A model generated the notes under the pieces. It saw only the letters and a program-made list of their open reading frames with translations. It was not told where the DNA came from and made no database searches. Positions 12,831 through 22,966 of a stretch of 36,141 nucleotides of DNA are shown one piece after another (the stretch's first letter is position 1; each line of letters starts with the position of its first letter). Position numbers and translations under genes: made by a program. The stretch is from Saprolegnia diclina VS20. Taxonomy: Eukaryota. Location of the stretch: contig NW_008246078.1 of the NCBI RefSeq assembly GCF_000281045.1, positions 386,200 through 422,340 on the forward strand, given 5' to 3'.

Positions 12831-13270
12831 GCCGCTCAATTGCCGCCAACCACGCCCACGCCTGAGGACCAATGGCCTGGCGAGGGCCTAAAGACGCACC
12901 TAATAAAGGGTGCTCTAACAATAATATAAATGATCGACAAGAGTACATACAAATAAAGCGGTATATAGCGTATCGGTTCGATAACAATTAGGTGCGTAAA
13001 TGCGAAAAGATGATATTCCATGGGCTGGTAGCGGGGTTGAGGCTAATATCACGCCACGAAGGCGACAAGGCTGACATCCCGGCTCGATGGTTCATCGAGA
13101 AGTACCTTCCGCAACTCGCGCGATAGCGTATCATTGGTGCATGTAGAGCACGCGCGCCACGCGGCTACGATGCGTTGTCCTGTTGTTGGGGGCAAAGCGT
13201 ACCGACCCCACAGGTTGCGTGTCACTAGTGTATGAATGTTGGGACAGTTCAAGGTGCGCATACTGTGAAA

Positions 13271-14101
13271 ATGCATCGGATCAATTCTGAGAGGTTGCGC
13301 CGGCTGGCAGACGCCAACGAGGAAGAGCACAAGCCGGCGACGACGATGGCCTACGTGAACCCCATGGCGGCGACGGGCGTCGAGCCCAAGCGTATGCAGC
13401 TGCTGCGCGCGATCCTTCGCAAGGCGCTTGACGCCTCTGTGAGCGAAGCCAGCGCGCTTGAGATGACCGATTACCTGCCGCTGACCAACACAGACTTCCA
13501 AGATGAAGTCGGCGTCCAGGTCATCCAGAACATTCGCCACCGCATTGAGGTACGTTGATGGCATCTCAACCTCAAACCCATACTGCATGACGCTGGACAG
13601 GTCCAATTCGACGCGCTCTGCAGCCAGTATGGGCTCTGCGAGAAGTTTGCCGAGCTCGAGACGCTCATGGCCTGGGACGAGCAGTCGCACTTGCGTCAAG
13701 AGGCTGGCATCCAAGCAGCGTACGTACAAGCTCTAGCATCTGCCGTCGCTTCACCGAAACGTACGTAGGACTCCGCAGCGCGTCGAGCCGCAGACGCCGC
13801 AGGACCTCATGACCATCGAGCGCGTCCGCCTCATTCGCCAGGAGAAGAAGCGCCTCGAGCTGCAGCTCCACGAAGTACGAGTTGGCATCTTGCTACAGCT
13901 CAGGCTAAGCGTTCTGGACGTAGATCCACCAAGCCAACACGCAGCTCGAGAAGACGATGGCCGAGACCCACGCGCACGGCAGTGGCCTGCTCCAGGCCAT
14001 GGAAGCGCGTCTCGACACGATCAGCCGGGTTCGAGCGTTGCTCTCTTACGTCGCACCTCACCTTGCACGTGATCTAGGCGTCGCAAATCTCCATGACTTA
14101 G
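13271..14101 (+). CDS. Nnf1/PMF1-like kinetochore (Mis12 complex) subunit, about 210 aa, 5 exons
   Basis: Introns 13550-13600, 13720-13768, 13875-13923 and 14029-14077 give one frame. The pattern RMQLLRAILRKALDASV...QVIQNIRHRIEVQFDALCSQYGLCEKFAELETL...TPQDLM...LIRQEKKRLELQLHEIHQANTQLEKT resembles the Nnf1 family from memory. Confidence 0.7.
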
Positions 14102-14558
14102 TGGCATCGGCGACTCATGACCGTCGAGGCAGCGTACTTGTAAATTAATCTCGTATTCTACTCTGCCTTCGCGCATGAACTGCCTTGGCATCCCGGCTTT
14201 CTATGCTGCTCGAGTACTCTACCTGCAGCCATGATCTGCAGCACTATCGGCAGACGCGGGATCGTCTGCCTCTCTCAATCTCTTATCACGCCGACATGAC
14301 CGCCGTCTTTGTCCTCTGGTGACCCCTGCCACGCTAAGCTTTCGATCTGAACGAGTCAGAGCATGCGACTGCGTCGTCGGTCCTGCGCCGAGCGAGGTGC
14401 GCCATTGGGCGTGCAACGACGCGTTTCAAAACAGAGTTTGAAACACTGTTTTGGATCGCGTGGTTCTAGAAAGTGACATCCGGATACAGACGCACTGGCC
14501 GCGGCGCAGTATCCGGATATCAACCGCAGGCTCGATCTGCCGACCACACCTGCTTATC

Positions 14559-15639
14559 ATGGCGAACCCCAAGGCCGAAGCGAAGAAGAAGTACGTGCCC
14601 ATGCTGCTCCTGCTGCTGGTAGATGGTAGATATGATGCTCAGCCTATGCATCGTCTAGCGAAGGCAACGAGTACTTTAAGCGCAAGGAGTACGCGCCCGC
14701 GATCGACAAGTACTCGGAGGCCATTGCGCTCGACAGCACCAACCACGTCTACTTCTCGAACCGCAGTGCTGCGTACGCGGGCCTGGGCAAGTTTGCCGAA
14801 GCCGCCCAAGATGGCGAAGCGTGCGTGCGCATCAACCCGTCGTTCGTCAAGGGTACGCCATGCCATCGTGGGCTATTCGCGACGTCTGCATGCAGGCTAC
14901 CACCGCTACGCGCTCGGGCTCAAGGGCCTGAAGGACTACGCCAAGGCCCTCGAGATCCTCAAGGCTGGCCAGCGCGTCGACTTTGACAACAAGGACATCA
15001 ACAAGCTCGTCAACGAGGTACCATAGCTACGATTTTCGCCGCCAACCATCGCCAATCGCCTGTCTAGATCGAGCCGCTTCTCGCCAAGGTGCAAGCGGCC
15101 AAGCGCGCCGGCATGAACCCGTCCGAGCAGCTCAAGGAGCAAGGTTATCGCAGCATTCTACGATGGGCTGACGAACCGACCTAGGCAACGACTTGTTCAA
15201 GAGCGCGCAGTTTGAAAAGGCCATTGGCGTCTACACGGAAGCCATTGAAGCGTGCGAGAAGGACAGCTCGCCCGTCGCGATCTCGTGCTACAACAACCGC
15301 GCCGCATGCCACCAGCAGCTCAGCAACTTTTCCGCTGTCATCCGCGACTGCTCGCATGTGCTCGACGTCGAGGTAAGGATGCAGCACGTTGCAGTTCTCA
15401 ATGACACCATGATGGTAGCCGACCAACCAAAAGGCACTGCTGCGTCGTGGGTTGGCGTACGAAGGCCTTGAGCGCTACCGCCTCGCGCTTCAGGATATCC
15501 GCGCGCTCCTCGCGCTGGACCCGTCCATCGATGTACGCTCTCATATCTATGATAATATGCTCATGGCTACGATGCCTAGACTGCCAACAAGGCCCAGCAC
15601 CGGATCGGTGCGGCCGTGCGCGCCCTCAAGGACATGTAG
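14559..15639 (+). CDS. STI1/Hop-like TPR co-chaperone with two TPR domains, about 261 aa, 7 exons
   Basis: Introns 14591-14658, 14853-14895, 15018-15067, 15144-15184, 15373-15418 and 15533-15579. TPR clamp motifs KKNEGNEYFK/FSNRSAAY/FVKGYHR and LKEQGNDLFK/YNNRAAC/NQKALLRR. Confidence 0.88.
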
Positions 15640-15862
15640 AGTCATCATTCTTTGCTAAATACTACTATACGAGCGCACAACCACCGCGTACAAGCTGTCG
15701 TTGTGGCCTCCCCGTCCACCTGCGGTGGTGACAAGCCAAGGGACGCATAAAGGCAAGCAGAGCGTTCCGACGGACAGTTTGAAGCTGACCAGTGGCGAAG
15801 CGAAAGCAGATTGCCCAGTACTCGAGAGAGCCGACTGCGGGTTTGGAGCATGCTCCTATCTA

Positions 15863-15881
15863 TTTAGTTTAGTTTAGTTTA
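15863..15881. repeat. (TTTAG)3.8 microsatellite
   Basis: tttagtttagtttagttta. Confidence 0.8.
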
Positions 15882-16139
15882 TACTAGTACAGCTGCACTA
15901 CAGTGTTAGTAGCGTCTTGGAGACCCTTGGCTGTTCCACGCGTGGTTTAGGGTTGGGCTCGTTCGCGATCGTTTTAAGCTTATCGTATTCTGTATGGTGA
16001 CCTTCTCTCTCTTCTGCACTGCTATCTACGTCGACGACAAGAGACGCTCGTCCTTCCACTTCGCTTCACGCCCACATCCACAGACAACACTTGCAGCTCT
16101 TGCTCGTGTCGTAGAGCTATCGTTGAGAGGCCCCTCTGC

Positions 16140-16560
16140 GCTTCCATTGTGTGATGCGAAAAGGCTCGAGGTCTTGTTGGCACTGCAGGAACGTGTGTAT
16201 TTGACCGATGCGCGATATCTTGCAGCTGCAACTCCCGACGTCGGTTGGTGGCTTCCTCTACGATGCCGTCGCTCTGCCGTTCTCAGCCCACAAGCCGGCC
16301 ATCCGTGCTCTCTGGCCGATCTTGCGCGCTTGCGTTTGGTACAGTCTTTGGCTTGAACGCAACAACCGCGTGTTCCGCACGACATTGACGCCCCTACCCG
16401 CTGCTGCGCTCGCGATCAAAGCCGCTACTATCACGCGATTGCATATCCGACACTTGGCTCGCCGCGCCGTGGTGCCTTCGCTTGCCGAGTCGCTCCACAC
16501 CCTATGCGCCGACCCTTGGTGTGCTCGCTACCTCATTCCCAACTCAATCCCGAGCCCGAC
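16140..16560 (+). mobile_element. Degenerate non-LTR retrotransposon fragment (L1/Tx1-type ORF2 C-terminus)
   Basis: LWPILRACVWYSLWLERNNRVFR matches the W..W..RN..vF motif that follows the zf-RVT finger. Upstream in the same frame is WHCRNVCI-TGA, with a stop roughly where a Trp is expected. No RT or endonuclease domain remains. Confidence 0.7.
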
Positions 16561-17479
16561 CACGGCCCTCAGCGTGACGTACCGGCCAAACCTCAGTAGC
16601 GCACTAGGAAGTCCACCATCTTCACTATATAATTGCATGTCCATACTAGTAACTCATTTCAACAGGAACGTGCGCAGCGAGGGTACGCGGGCCGACTGTT
16701 GATGTAGACTGTTGCACATTCGTGCCTGGACTGTCGTTGTTCGTGGCGGAGTTGTATCGCATCCACTACATAGATAGGTGATGATGCTAGGTAAGACATA
16801 TGCGAGGTAAACGTTGAAGTAGCTTTGAAATTACGATGTTCGTGTCTCTCCCAAGACGGACTTACAATGGACGAAGAAGGTCCAGCGAACCAGCTTTTGC
16901 AGATCCAAATCCTTGCCATCGTACGTGTTTGGCCACGGCGCTCTATCCTGGCATCTCGAACAAGATTAACGACAAACGCATCTAAACCTGTAGACAGAAA
17001 AGTTTATAGACCATCTGGCACTTACAAGCTAGGTGGCGTCGACGTGAGGTCCGAAAAGGCCGCGTGCAAAGACAGCCGCGACACCCGCTACGACAGCCGG
17101 CTTGGCAAGCCAAGTACCCAGCATCCTCGGCCATGCGTCCGACACGTCATTTGCTCAAGAAGGCTCGTCGGGACCCACCGTGCACGAGTACTAGTTGGCG
17201 TCAAGAGCACCAAGGCTACGTGCTCTATGCGATCATGCAGCGGTCCGAACCGTCTGTTCTTTGGGTAAGCGTGGCCGCTCGTCGTCCGTTGATCCCTTCA
17301 TCCATGCGTTGAGCGATAGGACACTCGACGAGCGACGGCCTGTCTTTCGAGACGTGTGAGTCTGGTCATGGTGGCACACACAACGATCAGCTGGCGCCAT
17401 GGCAGCCAACACCCAAGTTGGCTGTACTGCGGTAGAGACCGACATAATCTGGTCATCCCGCGTACACGAGCCTCCTGCA

Positions 17480-17497
17480 TTCACTATTCAATTCGCC
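17480..17497 (+). promoter_or_regulatory. Oomycete Inr/FPR-like core promoter
   Basis: TTCACTATTCAATTCGCC about 15-30 nt upstream of ATG 17510. A similar TCATTGGCCATTTCG lies at 18543 before the hydrolase gene. Confidence 0.5.
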
Positions 17498-17509
17498 ACC
17501 AGCACCAAT

Positions 17510-18100
17510 ATGAAGCTTTTCGCCACTGCCTTTGCCGCGCTTGCCGCCGTCGCCTCGATCACCAACGCTTCGGTCACCGACGACTCGGTCACCGACGCCT
17601 ACCTCGTCGGGCTCTTCGAGTCGGCGGACGTCCAGGTCGACATGAAGGTCAACCCGGCCACCGAAGCGTACCTCGTGGGCCTCTTTGAAGCGTCGCAGGT
17701 GCTCTCGGCCAAGTACATTTGCGGCGCGATCGGCAAGGACGTCTCTAAGGTCCAGTTCGTCTTCGCGGAAGGCACGACCAAGATCGAAGCAGGGGCCACG
17801 GGCAAGGTCGAGTACTTTGTCGAGAGCGCCGGAACCAAGGCCACGGCGTGCTCGATTAGCATCGCTGGCCACGCGCCGGTGCGCCGCCAGCTCGAGGATG
17901 TGCAGCACATCTGGCCCTGGCCGTTCCTCGAGTCGGCCAACGTCACGGGCATCTCGATCACGGGCTCGCCGGCCGCGCCCAAGACCGTCTCGGCCGACTT
18001 GTCGGCCCGCGGTGCGAACCTTGGTATCACGATCACGCCCCCGTCCACGGCCGGCGCCCAGGACGCCACGTTCAAGGTCGAGATGTTTGTCCTGGACTAA
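17510..18100 (+). CDS. Small secreted protein of unknown family, 196 aa, with internal AYLVGLFE repeats
   Basis: Signal peptide MKLFATAFAALAAVASITNA, strong C/G-ending codon bias, intronless, Inr-like element upstream. Confidence 0.85.
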   Translation: MKLFATAFAALAAVASITNASVTDDSVTDAYLVGLFESADVQVDMKVNPATEAYLVGLFEASQVLSAKYICGAIGKDVSKVQFVFAEGTTKIEAGATGKVEYFVESAGTKATACSISIAGHAPVRRQLEDVQHIWPWPFLESANVTGISITGSPAAPKTVSADLSARGANLGITITPPSTAGAQDATFKVEMFVLD

Positions 18101-18155
18101 GCCTCCCACGTAAATGTACACCCGTTTTGCCGTGTCTCGTGTCGAGCTGTTTTGT

Positions 18156-18203
18156 GTATGTATCAAGTTGATTGGTTGGGTATGTATCAAGTTGATATAT
18201 TGG
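18156..18203. repeat. 24-bp tandem duplication in the presumed 3' UTR
   Basis: GTATGTATCAAGTTGAT at 18156 and 18180, each followed by NNNTTGG. Confidence 0.85.
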
Positions 18204-18576
18204 GTGCAAAGTGCAGAAAAACAGTGAAATTTTGTTGATATTTCCGTGGGAAAAGAAGGACTCGGTCCAGAGAGAGCGCTGGTCCACGCGTTGCATTCGT
18301 TGATCGTTGAACCGCTCAGGTTGGGTCGGTCCAGCAACCAGAAGCACGTGCGAACGCTGTCCCAACACTCGTCACATTCTAGTCGAACTCGCTGATTAGG
18401 TTATCTACTACTCGTGCATATGTCTTTTATAGTCTTGGCATTCGTGCTGCAACCAGATATAATAATTGGCAGAGTGTTTGCCGCAGTTTGATTTGACAGG
18501 AATGCATGTAATTTTGACCGACATTCTGGTCGGGACGCAAAGTCATTGGCCATTTCGAGTTTGCCCTTCCGCTGTC

Positions 18577-20220
18577 ATGGCCAAAGCAGCCGTCGTCGTG
18601 AGCGTCGTCCTTGCATTCGCTGCTGCGACCTCGCCGGACCCGTTCCACTGGCGGCCCTGCGCCGGCAACCCCGACCTCCGCACCGAGTGCGGCTACCTCA
18701 CCGTGCCCCTCGACCACCTCAACGCGACCAACGAGGCTACCATCGACATTGTCGTCCAGCGCTACCGGTCGACGGCCGCCAAGCCGCTCGGTACAATTCT
18801 TCTCAACCCGGGCGGCCCCGGCGGATCGGGTACGGTACTTGGCTCACTGCCCATGAGCTTGCTCACGGGCGGCGCATACGACGTTTTGGGCTTTGACCCT
18901 CGTGGCGTCGGCAAGTCGCGGCCGATCACGTGCGCCAAAAATGGGCTGGCAGCGTGGGAAGCGCGGCAGATGTTCCCCCGCGCCAACGCTCCGTTTTTGA
19001 ATGCCCTCTCAGACGACCAAGTGCATCGGTACAGCAGCGCGTACGACCCCGTCCTCGCGCGCTGCCGCTACTACGACGGCGACTACCTTCCATACCTCTC
19101 GACGGCGTTTGTGGCGCGTGACATGGACCTCATGCGCGCGGCGCTGGGCCAAGACCTTTTGCACTACTTTGGCTTTTCCTACGGCACGTACGTCGCTCTC
19201 AGTCTTCTCTATAGAGGACAATTTTGTATATCATATGGATGGATGACTAGGGTGCTCGGTGCAACGTACGCCAACATGTTTCCGCACCGCGTCGGCCGCT
19301 TCGTCATCGACTCGGTCGTCGACGCGACCAAGTACTCGGCCGTAAGTGCGTCGTTTTGGGCTTCGACAATCGCCAACGTGGAAGACGTTTTGGATGGCTT
19401 TGCCGCCGAGTGCGAAGCCGCGGGGCCGCTTGTTTGTCCGCTTGCTGGCCACGACACGCCGCTCGCGTCTCGTCTGCGGTCATTCGTCCAGAACTTTGCC
19501 CCAAGCGTTGGCCGTGGCGGGTACGACGTCGTTCAGTTTACGCCCATGGATCTGTTTGCCCTTCTCTTCCCGCCCATGTACCAACCAGTAATGTGGCCCA
19601 AGCTCGCGACCGACTTGCACCAGCTCATGCAAGGCACGTACGTGGCACCACCGGCGAGCGATGTGTGTCCGTCGCAGCTCGAGGCCCGCGACGTTGGCTT
19701 GAACGGCTTTGCGTTCATGGGCAATGACGTGGACCCGACGACCAACACGGCGCAAAGCTGGGCCGACGGGCTTCGCGCTGCCCAGAAAATTTCGCCGATC
19801 TTTGGTGGCGCGTGGCTTGGCGCGCTCATGATGACCAAGTACTGGACGACGACGCCGATCGAGCGGTTTGCAGGCCCTTGGAACCAAACGCTTGCCAACA
19901 AGATTTTGATCCTCAACAACGTCCACGACCCGGTCACGCCACTAGTCGCTGCGCAGCACATGCACAGCGTCTTTGGCACCAACAATTCGGTCTTGGTGGT
20001 CCGTGACGGCTATGGCCACGGCGCGTCCGTGTCGCAGCCCAGCGCGTGCATGCACGACATTGTGACTGCGTACTTTTCGCACGGGCGTCTGCCGACCACG
20101 ACGTTTTGCAAGGTCGACCACGGACCGTTTGCAGCACCGACCGCGCGTTCCGCCGTTGTTCTCGCCGCGCAAGAGGTGTCGACGATTCTCCACAAGGCGC
20201 ATCCGGGTCGCAGTAAGTGA
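18577..20220 (+). CDS. Secreted alpha/beta hydrolase, tripeptidyl-aminopeptidase (TAP)-like S33 peptidase, about 526 aa
   Basis: Signal peptide, ECGYLTVPLD, LNPGGPGGSG, GFDPRGVGKS, nucleophile GFSYG, catalytic Asp in HDPVTP and His in GYGHG. One 63-nt intron at 19188-19250. Confidence 0.92.
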   Translation: MAKAAVVVSVVLAFAAATSPDPFHWRPCAGNPDLRTECGYLTVPLDHLNATNEATIDIVVQRYRSTAAKPLGTILLNPGGPGGSGTVLGSLPMSLLTGGAYDVLGFDPRGVGKSRPITCAKNGLAAWEARQMFPRANAPFLNALSDDQVHRYSSAYDPVLARCRYYDGDYLPYLSTAFVARDMDLMRAALGQDLLHYFGFSYGTYVALSLLYRGQFCISYGWMTRVLGATYANMFPHRVGRFVIDSVVDATKYSAVSASFWASTIANVEDVLDGFAAECEAAGPLVCPLAGHDTPLASRLRSFVQNFAPSVGRGGYDVVQFTPMDLFALLFPPMYQPVMWPKLATDLHQLMQGTYVAPPASDVCPSQLEARDVGLNGFAFMGNDVDPTTNTAQSWADGLRAAQKISPIFGGAWLGALMMTKYWTTTPIERFAGPWNQTLANKILILNNVHDPVTPLVAAQHMHSVFGTNNSVLVVRDGYGHGASVSQPSACMHDIVTAYFSHGRLPTTTFCKVDHGPFAAPTARSAVVLAAQEVSTILHKAHPGRSK

Positions 20221-20599
20221 ATACGATCATATTGATACGATCGACTTTGCGGTCTGTCCTGCGTGGGTATTGTCATTCTCAAAGGATAAAGGAATAACAA
20301 ACAAAAAATATACTTTGAGTTGACGTACGAACTACTCTCCTGTGCTAAAAAGGGCCGATACCTGAAGTTACAACCTCCATCCAGCCACGTTTCGCCACCT
20401 CTAGCGTGTGTTTCCGGTCTAGTCTGTATATTTGGTGTGCCCACATCGTCTTGTGCTCTGACATCAATAGTTCACGCCCACGGCCGACCATCACGGTCGC
20501 ACGACGGCAGAGCAACCTCGTGCAAGGGCCCGATCTCCGCCGACTCCTAGCACAGCATGGCGGAGTTGCGCTCCTATCCCCGCGAGCGTAGACTCGGTA

Positions 20600-20664
20600 A
20601 TGTTGGTGTGAAAGAATAGCGAAGCCAGAAAATTTCTGGCTTCGCTATTCTTTCACACCAACAT
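20600..20664. repeat. Perfect 65-bp palindrome (32-bp arms, 1-nt spacer)
   Basis: ATGTTGGTGTGAAAGAATAGCGAAGCCAGAAA-a-TTTCTGGCTTCGCTATTCTTTCACACCAACAT. Confidence 0.97.
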
Positions 20665-22966
20665 CGTCCCGTCCAACACGTTGCCTCTTCGCGACCTAGA
20701 AGGCAGGTATTGCCGCTGCCCAGGCATATGGATCCGCTCGGCTTTGCTTGCGGACCTCATTGTGGCTCGGAGAATAATATTTGCCAACGCAGCGGCGTCT
20801 TGCGAAACGGTCGCCACTGCTTGGTCTCTCACAGATGTTTAAAACATCTGCAGACGCAACGTGCGGCCAGAAATTGCGAATCGGACCTACGACGATAGTC
20901 TTTAGTCAGGAGCACACGTTGCCGCTCTGTACGTATCGACAAGTCGCATTGCTATCTCTCTCGCTCCATTTAATAAAACATGGGGTTCAAAACACAAGTG
21001 TTTTCGTGGCGGCATGAACACGGACCGATCGATCGATGGGCTCGTCGGAGGTGGCGTCGCCCGTATTCTTTCTCACGCTTGCAGCGATCGGCAGCGTATC
21101 GACCCCGACCAGCAACGACACTCGACCCTTTGTTTGATTTTCTCTGAATCTCCGAGCCCCTCCTCCTTTTCGCCCTCGGCTACCGAAACGATGTGGCTCC
21201 AGAAGACAATTTTTCTCGAACTCGCCGCCAAAGGAGCTTCTCTCATGTGTATGTGGGCATGCAGTCGCCGCCTTCACATCGCCGTCATCGCGAGATGCTC
21301 CACGCGTACGTATACTAAAACAATGTATACGCGCATCATGAGCTCAAATACGATCGGTCATCAACCAAAACAATGTCGAGTAAACGACGCTGCTGCTTGT
21401 CCGCATCCATTCGCAATTGCACTCGACACCCGCCGATCGGTGAAAATCATCCTGGACCGGGATCCGTTCACTGGACGACCGGTCATTTATCCGGACAGCG
21501 CTGCTGGAGCGAGCTCCCGTGGCATCACGCCGCTCCAAACGGCTCTAAACGGATGGCCTTGGGCGCCGACCAAACGCCAACTAAGAACTAGTAGGTCGAC
21601 AACGTGGCAAGCACACTCGCTTGGGAGCGCATCTCGCACCTAGGATCTTAGTCGCACGCCAGCGTGAAGATTCATGATTCGGATGCGAGCCCAGATTCGA
21701 GCCTCATGTAATCCACCTCTGCTGGTCAGTCCAAGGTGCTTTGCCACCACAAGCACCTTCGCGCGCCCGTTCGACGACGTTCGCGAATGATATTTGGCTT
21801 TCTGATCCCGCGACGCCGACGTCACGACGCCAAGGGCAAGGACACGACAAAAAGTCGAACATCCGCAGTAGCTTTTTCATAAATAAAGAACATTGGGTGG
21901 CGTATCCCGAATGGATGGTCCAGAGGCGACGTCGGATCGGCGAGGGTCGAAGCGGCGACCTACAGCTCCGGCGGTGTATAGATACGCATACAACTGCAGC
22001 GCGCTGCGACGGACGCGCGGCTACCAATCGCCGTCCTCGATGGGCGCAGAAGCTACTCGCGCCGCGTCCAACAGTCCGAGAGGGAAAGGCAGTCGCATCC
22101 GGATACGGGCAAGAAATCCACCCGCAGGATATCGGCCTGCGTTCTTTTATTCAAATTTAAAAACAAACTAAAAAAGAAGAAGAAGATCGCACGTGAAACG
22201 TGGGGCCATGAGCGATTGTGGGTCGCTGTGGCGTCCATCACGGCGCCTTTTGGCTACAGACACTGCGAATTTGCGCACTTGTATCGGTTCTGGCGCGAAA
22301 AGCAGCGTCCGCAACCGACGCGTCTGTCAACCGCAGTCGCAGAACAAGTAGACAGCTAGCGTGCTCGTAGCTGTAAAGAGCGTAGAGGCACCACTGCACG
22401 CACCATCTTATCGACGACCAGAGAGCAGCGAGGTCCTTGACGGCAGTGTAACTCACACTGCCTGCGCGTACTTGTCATGCGCAGCGTAGAAAAGCCTAGC
22501 TCGCTAGTGGCGAGTCGCCACCATCAACTTGTTGACAGTGCCGTTGTGGTGGTCGTGCCACTGGCCGTCGCAGCTCTCTCGGTCCCTTGCATTCGTGTTT
22601 ATACTCGGCACGTCGTCGTCACCTCGATCACGTTGCAGTTACGCTCGCCGAGGTTGCAGTTGCGGTTGCAGTTGGCAAGGACCCTTGGCGTCTTCCATGC
22701 GTAGCTTGAAGCTGGCAACCCGCCCTCTCCCAAGGGCGGCGCTGGTCACTGCGGTCGCCACCTCGCGACATTGCATTACGTTGCGCCCGGTTTTATACGC
22801 GAGTATAAAAAAGAAAAAAATGATTAAAAGAATTCTATCGCTGTTTTTTAATGTCCGATGTGCGAGTTAAAGAACGGCCCGCGGTTCAACGTCGGTTTAT
22901 CCGGATGAAAGATTCGATATTTTTTTGCCGTAAAGATCGCAGCAGTTTACGATTTCACTCGCAGCG

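Noticed and set aside
16750..17350. ORFs 16825-17268 and 17064-17312 upstream of the secreted gene
   Set aside because: Non-ATG starts and no recognisable domain. Possibly decayed sequence, but unsupported.
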